Source: Dehalococcoidia bacterium (GTDB taxonomy: Bacteria; Chloroflexota; Dehalococcoidia; GIF9; UBA5629). Taken from it: a stretch of 58,694 nt of DNA. Position 1 is the stretch's first letter. Each line of letters starts with the position of its first letter. The notes beneath the pieces were generated by a model. It did not search any database, was not told where the DNA came from, and saw only the letters and a program-made list of their open reading frames with translations. Position numbers and translations under genes: made by a program. The stretch covers positions 1 through 58,694 of the forward strand of contig JADHXB010000002.1 in the NCBI GenBank assembly GCA_016783155.1, read 5' to 3'. This document shows, piece after piece, positions 44,169 to 51,570 of this stretch.

Positions 44169-44354
44169 CTACTTATTGGCAAGGAACAGGGCAACATCTT
44201 CCCTGCTGAATCTACGGTCGCCTCGCGGACCGATGCGGTAAGCCTTCAGTACTCCCCTCACATCCCACCGTCGCACCGTATTAATGTGCACGTTGAGCAT
44301 CTGGGCTACCTGCCGTGCTGTCAACATTCCATTCTTTCGACTATGCCGCGCCAT
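44169..44354 (-). CDS. Small excisionase-family/MerR-like HTH DNA-binding protein
   Basis: MLTARQVAQMLNVHINTVRRWDVRGVLKAYRIGPRGDRRFSREDVALFL matches the excisionase-type HTH pattern. I chose the ATG at 44354, after aggag. It is divergent from the surface-protein cluster. Confidence 0.65.
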   Translation of the reverse strand: MARHSRKNGMLTARQVAQMLNVHINTVRRWDVRGVLKAYRIGPRGDRRFSREDVALFLANK

Positions 44355-44428
44355 ACCAAAACTCCTCATAACAACTCTAGGTTATCCTATATAAACTTTA
44401 ACTCAACTTAGCTCACTATACAATCACC

Positions 44429-44459
44429 TAAAGGTACCGAACGATGTAGTAGATTAGCC
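44429..44459. promoter_or_regulatory. Conserved upstream site AAAGGTACC-N7-GTAGTA-N3-TAG (copy at locus A)
   Basis: taaaggtaccgaacgatgtagtagattagcc. The same motif, with the same spacing, occurs twice upstream of locus B (47075..47106 and 47166..47197). Confidence 0.4.
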
Positions 44460-44515
44460 TTGAACGATTCTAGGAAAAGGGTACTATAAAGTGAGGTTTT
44501 GTTAGGATAAGTTAC

Positions 44516-44544
44516 TTGACACCTACTACGTTATATGCGATTAT
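44516..44544 (+). promoter_or_regulatory. Sigma70-type promoter A
   Basis: TTGACA, 17 nt, then GATTAT with TG at the extended -10 position. The whole -47 to -10 segment is duplicated at 47217..47258. Confidence 0.55.
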
Positions 44545-44550
44545 GCTTCA

Positions 44551-44695
44551 GCTAAATACAATACGAACGAAAGCTCGCAACAAACCAGCGAGCCAGCGAG
44601 TACATCAAATGGGGAGCGATGAAGCACCGGTCGCAATTTGGCCACTTGGCTGGTGCCGAGCTAGTAGTGAAACCGACCCATAAGGTCGGTTTTTG
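44551..44695 (+). ncRNA. Candidate structured leader RNA / sRNA, copy A (conserved hairpin + intrinsic terminator)
   Basis: The 65-nt core from gcgatgaag (44616) to 44680 differs from copy B at 5 positions, and the terminator follows. An 8-bp hairpin pairs 44625-44632 with 44648-44655. The terminator is at 44670-44695. The coding start follows at 44728. Confidence 0.5.
44670..44695 (+). terminator. Rho-independent terminator A
   Basis: aaaccgacc-cataa-ggtcggttt followed by ttg. The stem is 9 bp, followed by a T-tract. Confidence 0.65.
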
Positions 44696-44727
44696 CTTAA
44701 GTGGGAGTGCTGGAGGCAACGGATTTC

Positions 44728-46563
44728 ATGGTAACTATGAACAAAAGGAACAGGTTGATTACACTGAATAACGTCTTTCGCGGCTTGGTAGCCTTAGTGC
44801 TGGCAATGTCATTCCTATTTCCTTGTTTGAGCCCGATTGCCGCATTTGCCCAACCAACTTGGCCCACCGGCTGGATAAGCATCAGTACAGATGTCAACGA
44901 AGGCGGAGGGGACGATTTCCGCGATGTACTGGAGTCATACTACCAAGCGGACAGTGACTACCTTTATCTGAGACTTAGGACCGTCGAGCCTGCGGCTCTC
45001 AAAACTACTAACAAATATGGTAGATACAAATGGTTTTTTGATACGAATAATGATATGACCTTGCCGGGGAGTTCAGGTGGCACCGTCTATAATTGGGAAT
45101 ACTTGTTTTACGTAGAGGATACAAATGGGGATGGCATTGGGGAAGTTTACCTGGGAACACCTTCAAACCCTGCTGGCGACCTTATCACCGACACGGACAT
45201 AGCCGGCTACAGGTTAAATTCAGGCGGTAACTATGCAGACCTTTATATAAGACTCTACGACATCGCTGACCTGGCCAATTATTGGATAGGATGGTCAACT
45301 GACCCTAAAAATCCAAACTATGACCAGTCACCTAGATTAGACTCGCAAGACTCTACCACGGCCATTCCTATAATTGCAAAGGGCTCCATCACGGTGGAAA
45401 AGGCGGTGGTAGGACCGTCACCAGGCAGTAACTGGCAGTTCAACTACACCGGCCCGGGCACCGTTTCAGGCAATTTCAATATCGCGGCTGGCGGCGGACA
45501 ACAAATACTTAGCAACCTGCCCTTTGGTAGCTACACCATAACCGAGACCACAAAGGCATACTATATTTGTTCGCCGAGTGACACTATCAGTGTAGTATTA
45601 TCAGCAGCTCAGCCCAGTCGCACCGTCACCTTCACCAACACTTTAGCGACGGCACCAACTGTAGATGCCATAGAAATCTATGCCACCCAAGACTGCCTCG
45701 GACCTCCCGTTACTTCAATGGACCCACAAACCACCTACTACGCCAAGGCATCAATTACTTGCGACGATAATCTGAGCTACCTTCAAACAATCCAGGTAAC
45801 CCTCTTCTATGACAGCGCCGGCAACGACCCCATCGCACCGGCAACATCCGGTACCCAGACCTGCGCCATACTCACCTGCACTGTCGGCCCACCACCAAGC
45901 TGGACCATTGAACCCAACAATACTCCTCCTAATCCTCTTACCACCTGGGAAATAGTGCCTGGTGAGTGTGTCCAGCCAGCAAATCTTGATGTCACCAGCG
46001 GCGACTGGATATTCGCCTTCGTACCAGGTAAGGTAGCCACCGAGAGCATCGCGCCGGCTGATTGGGATGCCCAGGGTCTGGCAACCAATAAGGCCGACCA
46101 ATGGGGTGAACTGTATGTCCGCGATAAGGCAATGAACTGGTACGGCGAGATTACTGTGCCCGCGTCAGTGGACTGGGGCGAAGTGCCTCTGGGCTTGACC
46201 TTCGAAACTGTGCCTGAGAATCCAGAGACCGCAAGCATTACATACATCGCCAACGGCGACTACTTTGAGGATATCAGGTCATTAGGCACCTGGACCGGCA
46301 GTGGTGAGAGCGTAACGCTCGATGTGACCGACGGCAACCCACCCCCCGCAAGCATGTTTTCCCTCATGGCAGACAACACCGCTGTCCTGGGTGATGCAGT
46401 TGTTGTCACCACGCTCTACAAACATATAAACGCCAGCGGAAGCCTCACCGGCGAAGACGGCGTTACCGTTACCACCAACAGCTTGTGGCTATCGCTCGGT
46501 GAGACGAGCATCGTCCCGGTGATTTATAGCGGCACCATATACTTCCAGATTGCCGAACGCTAG
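44728..46563 (+). CDS. Secreted multi-domain surface protein (N-terminal beta-sandwich-like domain, SpaA/prealbumin-like fold domain, about 300-aa C-terminal domain shared with 47566..48582)
   Basis: It has a signal peptide ending AAFA-QP. GSITVEKAVVG...FGSYTITET resembles Cna-B/SpaA-type domains. The C-terminal 300 aa are collinear with the next gene. It has no membrane anchor. I chose the ATG at 44728, after GGAGG. Confidence 0.7.
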   Translation: MVTMNKRNRLITLNNVFRGLVALVLAMSFLFPCLSPIAAFAQPTWPTGWISISTDVNEGGGDDFRDVLESYYQADSDYLYLRLRTVEPAALKTTNKYGRYKWFFDTNNDMTLPGSSGGTVYNWEYLFYVEDTNGDGIGEVYLGTPSNPAGDLITDTDIAGYRLNSGGNYADLYIRLYDIADLANYWIGWSTDPKNPNYDQSPRLDSQDSTTAIPIIAKGSITVEKAVVGPSPGSNWQFNYTGPGTVSGNFNIAAGGGQQILSNLPFGSYTITETTKAYYICSPSDTISVVLSAAQPSRTVTFTNTLATAPTVDAIEIYATQDCLGPPVTSMDPQTTYYAKASITCDDNLSYLQTIQVTLFYDSAGNDPIAPATSGTQTCAILTCTVGPPPSWTIEPNNTPPNPLTTWEIVPGECVQPANLDVTSGDWIFAFVPGKVATESIAPADWDAQGLATNKADQWGELYVRDKAMNWYGEITVPASVDWGEVPLGLTFETVPENPETASITYIANGDYFEDIRSLGTWTGSGESVTLDVTDGNPPPASMFSLMADNTAVLGDAVVVTTLYKHINASGSLTGEDGVTVTTNSLWLSLGETSIVPVIYSGTIYFQIAER

Positions 46564-46693
46564 ACCTAGTCGTATAGACAACAATAAAACATGTAGCCGC
46601 GACCTTTTAAGGTCGCCCAAGGTTCTCTCTCCTGGCAGAAAAGAGTTTCACCCTTGTTCTCTCTCCCCCGGCGGGAGAGAGTTAGAGTGATTT

Positions 46694-46773
46694 TTAGGTG
46701 TCACCTGCCCACAGGTGACCCACCATGCAATTCAAACCGCTACGGTCACCCGTAGGCGGGTGACACGTAGGTA
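46694..46773. repeat. 80-bp repeat family C, copy 2
   Basis: It is near-identical to 37426..37505, with a handful of substitutions. Confidence 0.85.
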
Positions 46774-46775
46774 AA

Positions 46776-47010
46776 CTGTCATCGCGAGGGGTGTTTCTTT
46801 TTCCTGTCATCGCGAGGAGCAGAGCGACGTGGCGATCTCATTCTACATCCTGTCATTCTGAGGGAGCGAAGCGACCGAAGAATCTGACTCAGGGTAAACT
46901 CCGTGACTGAAGAATCTCACGTCTTCCCTGCCACTGAGATTGCCACGCTTCGCTCGCAATGACAGGATGAAAGAGGTCGCAATGACAGGTAAAAAGATGC
47001 AATGACAGAG
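46776..47010. repeat. Nested composite of repeat families A and B
   Basis: On the left, ctgtcatcgcgagg occurs twice. In the centre is gtcattctgagggagcgaagcgaccgaagaatc plus cagggtaaactccg. On the right, gcaatgacag occurs three times. Confidence 0.75.
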
Positions 47011-47020
47011 AAAAAGTCGC

Positions 47021-47200
47021 GCCGGCGAGGTTAAAGTCTCGCCGCTACGTCACTCATCCCACCAGACAATCCCCCAAAGGTACCACATTCCGTAGTAAAA
47101 TAGTCCTGACTTCCGGCGGGGCTAAAACCTCACCGCTACGTTGCTCATCCCACCAGACAATCCCCCAAAGGTACCACATTCCGTAGTAAAATAGTCCCGC
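47021..47200. repeat. Tandem direct repeat, 91-bp period, two units with a 54-bp perfect core
   Basis: ctcatcccaccagacaatcccccaaaggtaccacattccgtagtaaaatagtcc occurs at 47053..47106 and again at 47144..47197. Each unit starts with a GC hairpin ending ccgctacgt. Confidence 0.9.
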
Positions 47201-47229
47201 TATGGTAAAGTCCTGATAGGATAAGATAC

Positions 47230-47258
47230 TTGACAACAACAGGACTATATGCGAATAT
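47230..47258 (+). promoter_or_regulatory. Sigma70-type promoter B
   Basis: TTGACA, 17 nt, then GAATAT with an upstream TG. It is a paralog of promoter A. Confidence 0.55.
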
Positions 47259-47264
47259 ATCGCC

Positions 47265-47380
47265 TAGATATAATTTAAATACAACTTTTATTGGGAGGCG
47301 ATGAAGCACCGGCCGTAATTTGGCCACTTGGCCGGTGCCGAGCCAATAGTGAAACCGACCCAAAAATGGGTCGGTTTTTG
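47265..47380 (+). ncRNA. Candidate structured leader RNA / sRNA, copy B
   Basis: It has the same core as copy A. The hairpin is perfect, pairing 47307-47314 with 47330-47337. The terminator is at 47352-47380. The next coding start is 185 nt downstream. Confidence 0.5.
47352..47380 (+). terminator. Rho-independent terminator B
   Basis: aaaccgaccc-aaaaat-gggtcggttt followed by ttg. The stem is 10 bp, followed by a T-tract. Confidence 0.65.
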
Positions 47381-47434
47381 TTTCAGACAAATAAGGAGTT
47401 GATTCACTAAAATAACAAAGAGTGTTTAGTAATT

Positions 47435-47498
47435 CGTCACTTCGAGCGGAGCGAAGAGTCTCCAGATTCTTCGGTCGCTTTGCTCCCTCAGAATGACG
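47435..47498. repeat. Repeat family A, full palindromic element
   Basis: cgtcacttcgagcggagcgaagagtctccagattcttcggtcgctttgctccctcagaatgacg. Confidence 0.75.
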
Positions 47499-47565
47499 AA
47501 AGGCGCTGTTAAAGTACCTGCAATAAAATACCAAATTAACATATAAGGAGGTTAAAATAGGAAAA

Positions 47566-48582
47566 ATGTTCAAAACGAAGTTATCTATCGCAATTGCCTT
47601 AGTGGCAGCTTTGCTGCTGGCGCCAGCAGCTTATGCCGCTGAAGGAACAACCACCGGGAGCTTCGGCGCATCCGGCCTACCACCAACCGTGGACGCAATA
47701 GGAATCTATACCGACATTGGGTGCACCTTACCAGCCACCGACATGAATCCGCAAACCGAATACTACTGCAAGGTAACGGTTGGCTCCATAAATAAACTGA
47801 AGCACCTCAGCACGGTCAAGGTAACCCTATTCTACGATAGCGGCGGCGACCCTGTTGCACCGATCATACCCGATACTCAGACCTGCGCCATACTCACCTG
47901 CACCGTCGACCCGCTAGCCTGGGCGATGTTACCCACCGGCGGCAGCACCACCTGGTCGATAGACTCAGGCGACTGTTCTCAACCAGCAGACCTGAACGCC
48001 ACCACCGGCGACTGGATATTCGCCTTCACGCCAGGCAAGGTAGCCACCGAGAGCATCGCGCCGGCTTATTGGGATGCTCAGGGTCTGGCAACCAATAAGA
48101 CCGCCCAAACAGGTGAACTATACGACCGCGATACGGCAATGAACTGGTTTGGCGAAATCACTGTGAATACCGCCTCAGTTAACTGGGGTGCAGTGCCTCT
48201 GGGCTTGGTCTTCGAGAATGCTACTTACAATCCAGAGACCGGCATAGACGTTAACTACATCGCCAACGGCGACTACGAGGAAGATATCAAGTCAACAGAC
48301 TGGGTCGGCGCTGTCAGCCTTGATACCGTAACCCTTGATGTGACCGGTGGTAATCCACCCGCTGCCGACAGTCAGTTTGCCCTCGAGGCTAATGACACCA
48401 GCGACAATGTTACTGCAATTACTGCCACCAACACCTATAATGCTATAGATAACACCGGACTAATAACCGCAGAAGCCGGCGATACCGTTAACACCAACAC
48501 CTTGTGGCTATCACTCAGTGCCGCAGGCATTGTCCCTGATACTTACAGCGGCAGTATCTACTATCAAATTGCCAACCGCTAG
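47566..48582 (+). CDS. Secreted protein consisting of the about 300-aa domain shared with 44728..46563
   Basis: It has a signal peptide ending AAYA-AE. The protein is collinear with the C-terminus of the 611-aa protein, including GDWIFAF.PGKVATESIAPA.WDAQGLATNK and the terminal YSG.IY.QIA.R. It has no anchor. Confidence 0.7.
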   Translation: MFKTKLSIAIALVAALLLAPAAYAAEGTTTGSFGASGLPPTVDAIGIYTDIGCTLPATDMNPQTEYYCKVTVGSINKLKHLSTVKVTLFYDSGGDPVAPIIPDTQTCAILTCTVDPLAWAMLPTGGSTTWSIDSGDCSQPADLNATTGDWIFAFTPGKVATESIAPAYWDAQGLATNKTAQTGELYDRDTAMNWFGEITVNTASVNWGAVPLGLVFENATYNPETGIDVNYIANGDYEEDIKSTDWVGAVSLDTVTLDVTGGNPPAADSQFALEANDTSDNVTAITATNTYNAIDNTGLITAEAGDTVNTNTLWLSLSAAGIVPDTYSGSIYYQIANR

Positions 48583-48904
48583 GCTTCTTAAATTGTTTAC
48601 CAATGTGGCGGCGAGGCTTCAGCCTCGCCGCCATGACCCCCAAGGGCCGAGGTATAGCTTTAATATCTTGGAGGTTCAGGCTACAGGCGATGACAAATTA
48701 GGTGTAGCCACCAGACTTTAGCCTCGTGACTTCAACATTGTTTTACTTTATAATTATAATGTAGCCCAAGGCCCTCTCCTGAGTACTAGCGAAGGATCAG
48801 CCTCAGGACCTCGACCCTGAAGGGTCGAGTCTACAGGTGACGGCAAGGGTCGAGGCTAAATTGTGTATGGAGCGTTAGTAAATGCGCTCAGAAAAGGATT
48901 TGAT

Positions 48905-50044
48905 ATGGTGGTTTCAATAAAGCAACTGAGGGCAGGATGGCTTGCCCTGCTAAGTCTCCTGTTAATGGCAAGCCTGCTCATGGCGCCGCCAGCTTTCGCC
49001 GGCGGGCTGGCGATGTCAGGCAGCTTCTACCGCCAGGAGTTCGAAATACCGCAGGGTACAAGCCTGAATACACCTGACGTCTATGTGGTTGTCTTCAACA
49101 ACAGCGACGAGGAATTCAATATCAGGATGACCACAGAAACCCCCACCGGCGTGGAGCTGTTGCTTTCGGAGAAAGATTTCCCGCTCAAGGCAGGTGAGCA
49201 GAAAAAGGTGACCATAGGCGTTGATGTCACCGAGGCAGCAGTCCCCGGCGAATACACGCTCAAGGTCACTGCCGAAGCCTATAAGGAAGGTGCCGGCATC
49301 CAGCTTCTGGGGGCTGCCGGGCAAACAGCCAATTTAACCGTTACCGGTGAAGTCGCCTCGGTCGAGGTAACAACTGTCACCCCGGGCGGCGGGCCTATTC
49401 CGGCTCTAGTCAAGTTGTATAAGCAAGCCGGCAGCCAAAAGTTCAATGTCGGCCATTCGGAGACGGGAAGCATCAAGATGAAGGTAGCGCCGGGAAACTA
49501 CCTGGCTGAAGCCTATGTCGCCGGCAAAAAGCTGGCTGATGAAAGCTTCGGCATCGCTGCCGATGAGACCAAGAAAATCACCCTGGAGATAAAAACAGTT
49601 TACTTTGAAGGTTTCGGCATCGTCCCTAATTACAATACCGAGACCAATGAGCTGGCTTTCGCCGAGGTAGTCTACACCGTAAACAATCTGCTTGAGGCAT
49701 TTCCTGAAGCCAAGGTGGTACTGAAAGTAACCAAAGGCGGTGCTCCTTTAGATGAGACCACTCTAGCCACGCTGGCCCCACTGGAAAAAGGCAGAGTCGG
49801 CTTGAACTACAACTATATCCCCGGGGGTGGCTGGCGGAAGGCAAGTTACGGTTTTAAGCTGGAGCTTCATATCGGTGGTGAACCCTATGTCACCAGCAAG
49901 GAAGAAAAGCTGGAGCTGGGCGGAGGAACTACAGCTTCGGCAGGCGGTATCAACTGGCTTCTCATCGGCGGCATAGGTGGTGGGGTGGTGATTTTGATAC
50001 TGATTGTCATCATATTCATGATGCGGAGAAGAAGATACTACTAG
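48905..50044 (+). CDS. Signal-peptide protein with beta-sandwich-like repeats and a C-terminal TM anchor
   Basis: The signal peptide is MVVSIKQLRAGWLALLSLLLMASLLMAPPAFA. NEW3/CARDB-like strand patterns are present (VYVVVFNNSDEEFNIRM, PGEYTLKVTAEAY). The C-terminus is INWLLIGGIGGGVVILILIVIIFMMRRRRYY. Confidence 0.65.
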   Translation: MVVSIKQLRAGWLALLSLLLMASLLMAPPAFAGGLAMSGSFYRQEFEIPQGTSLNTPDVYVVVFNNSDEEFNIRMTTETPTGVELLLSEKDFPLKAGEQKKVTIGVDVTEAAVPGEYTLKVTAEAYKEGAGIQLLGAAGQTANLTVTGEVASVEVTTVTPGGGPIPALVKLYKQAGSQKFNVGHSETGSIKMKVAPGNYLAEAYVAGKKLADESFGIAADETKKITLEIKTVYFEGFGIVPNYNTETNELAFAEVVYTVNNLLEAFPEAKVVLKVTKGGAPLDETTLATLAPLEKGRVGLNYNYIPGGGWRKASYGFKLELHIGGEPYVTSKEEKLELGGGTTASAGGINWLLIGGIGGGVVILILIVIIFMMRRRRYY

Positions 50045-50069
50045 TCACATACTACCAACATGAGAACAA

Positions 50070-51506
50070 ATGAACAAATCCGGGCTGAAATATGGCATCT
50101 TACTGCTAAGCCTGCTGCTATGCTTTTTGCCGGCGGGGGCTTATGCCGGTAACGCCTTAAGCGGCAGCTTCACCGTAGTCAGTAATAAGATTATCCTGGC
50201 GGTGAGCAACCCGACCTACACCAGCCTGACCTTGACCTGGGATTCTCCACAAAATACACCTAACTGGGGACCTGGGACTAAATACGATATCCGCTACTCC
50301 CTGTCCCCTATCAATACCGAGGCCGACTGGCAGGCAGCCACCCAGCTATCGAATCCACCACCCCCCGGACCACCCGGCTCTCCAGAGACACTTATCGTCA
50401 TCGGGCTAAATCCATGCACCGTGTATTACTTTGCTATCAAGGCGGCTGATGGCAGCGGGACATGGACACCGCTTTCCAACAGCCCTAGCGGAAAAACGTT
50501 GTGTTACTCAGGTGGCGGCGGGGGTGGCTTACCCCCAGCATACGCTGCCTGCCCGCTAACGCTGGCGGCAAATATGCAGGGCAACGTAGTCACAGTCAGA
50601 ATGACCACGGACGGCGTGCTCTGTGCAACCTGCCTGGCAAAGGATGCCGCAAACAAATACACGCTCGAAATCGATAAGGATGCCAAGGCAATGCTCGCTG
50701 GCAACGTAGTACCACTGCTGTTGACGTGCCGCGAGTCATCAGCTACACTACCAACTCCCGAAAACACTGTCATAGTCAGCCCAGTTTATGAATTCAACGC
50801 TTACTCCTCCGCACACGAGACAACGCCATCGCCTATCACCATCTTACCATCAGCCAGACTGCTTTTAACTTACGACCCCGATGAGCTACCCCAGAACACC
50901 ATCGAGGTGTTCATCGCCAATTACGATACCGAAGAAGGCTGGCTGGCGCTGACTCCAGTGCCAGGGGCTGTCGCTGAAATCGGCAAAGCACACGGACTGC
51001 TGGCCCATTTCTCGCTTTTCGCTGTCCTGGCCAAGCTGCAAGAGCCAGCACCAGCTAAATTCGAGGTGAGCAATTTGACCGTCAGCCCATCACAGGCTCA
51101 GCTCAACCAGGAGGTTACCATCAGCCTTAACGTGGCTAACACCGGCGGGAAAAGTGGAGACTACAACCTGGAGCTAAAAATCGACGGCACAGTTAAGTCA
51201 ACCACGCAGGTAACCGTTGCCGCCGGGGCAAGCCAGATAGTTAACTTCACCTTAACCGGTGATACCGCCGGCAAACACCAGATAGAAGTAGCTGGTCTAG
51301 CTGGCGAATTTGAAGTGATTAAGTTAGCCAAGACGTCTCAAATCAACTGGTGGTTTATCGGCAGCATTACGGGCATAATCCTGGTGCTAGCCATATGGGC
51401 AATCCTAGGCTGGAGATGGCTTAAAGACCGTAAAAAGGCAGCGCCTGCAGCGGTTGCATCCGCTGATGCGCCTGCTGATACACCCACAGAGACACCCGAT
51501 GAATAG
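50070..51506 (+). CDS. Surface protein: signal peptide, FN3-like domain, shared central region, CARDB-like domain, C-terminal TM anchor
   Basis: The FN3 pattern is SLTLTWDSP...YDIRYS...YYFAIKAAD. The CARDB-like region is FEVSNLTVSPSQ...VTISLNVANTGGKSGDY. The anchor is INWWFIGSITGIILVLAIWAILGW. Confidence 0.7.
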   Translation: MNKSGLKYGILLLSLLLCFLPAGAYAGNALSGSFTVVSNKIILAVSNPTYTSLTLTWDSPQNTPNWGPGTKYDIRYSLSPINTEADWQAATQLSNPPPPGPPGSPETLIVIGLNPCTVYYFAIKAADGSGTWTPLSNSPSGKTLCYSGGGGGGLPPAYAACPLTLAANMQGNVVTVRMTTDGVLCATCLAKDAANKYTLEIDKDAKAMLAGNVVPLLLTCRESSATLPTPENTVIVSPVYEFNAYSSAHETTPSPITILPSARLLLTYDPDELPQNTIEVFIANYDTEEGWLALTPVPGAVAEIGKAHGLLAHFSLFAVLAKLQEPAPAKFEVSNLTVSPSQAQLNQEVTISLNVANTGGKSGDYNLELKIDGTVKSTTQVTVAAGASQIVNFTLTGDTAGKHQIEVAGLAGEFEVIKLAKTSQINWWFIGSITGIILVLAIWAILGWRWLKDRKKAAPAAVASADAPADTPTETPDE

Positions 51507-51570
51507 CTACAGAAACAATTGAAGCAACAAAACCATCTGGGTCGGTTTTCCTTTTAAAAACAGGAGTCAA

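Noticed and set aside
44169-44369. The excisionase-family HTH could mark a prophage or integrative element.
   Set aside because: There is no integrase, recombinase or phage structural gene, and I recognised no tRNA or att-like flanking direct repeats. The protein is more plausibly a local MerR/Xis-type regulator.
44609-44683. A 24-codon ORF (MGSDEAPVAIWPLGWCRASSETDP) spans the conserved leader core.
   Set aside because: Copy B lacks the ATG in that frame, and four of the five substitutions between the copies would be non-synonymous. The substitutions that fall in the hairpin preserve base pairing instead.
44551-44695. I tried to assign the leader to a known riboswitch class (c-di-GMP-I/II, fluoride, preQ1 or ZTP).
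   Set aside because: I could not find the defining conserved nucleotides of these classes, such as GEMM tetraloop/receptor features or the fluoride aaccgcc...gatga pattern. I leave it unclassified. A covariance-model scan is needed.
46440-46563. The anchorless surface proteins could have a WxL domain, because of LWLSL and the terminal YSG.IY.QIA motifs.
   Set aside because: The literal W-x-L motifs and their spacing are not present. The resemblance is only to a generic C-terminal beta-strand pattern. I keep it as an architectural analogy, not an annotation.
46776-47200. The clustered short repeats could be a CRISPR array.
   Set aside because: The repeats are inverted as well as direct, they belong to different families, and their spacing is irregular. 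The only regular unit is a 2-copy 91-bp tandem repeat. No cas genes are present in the window.
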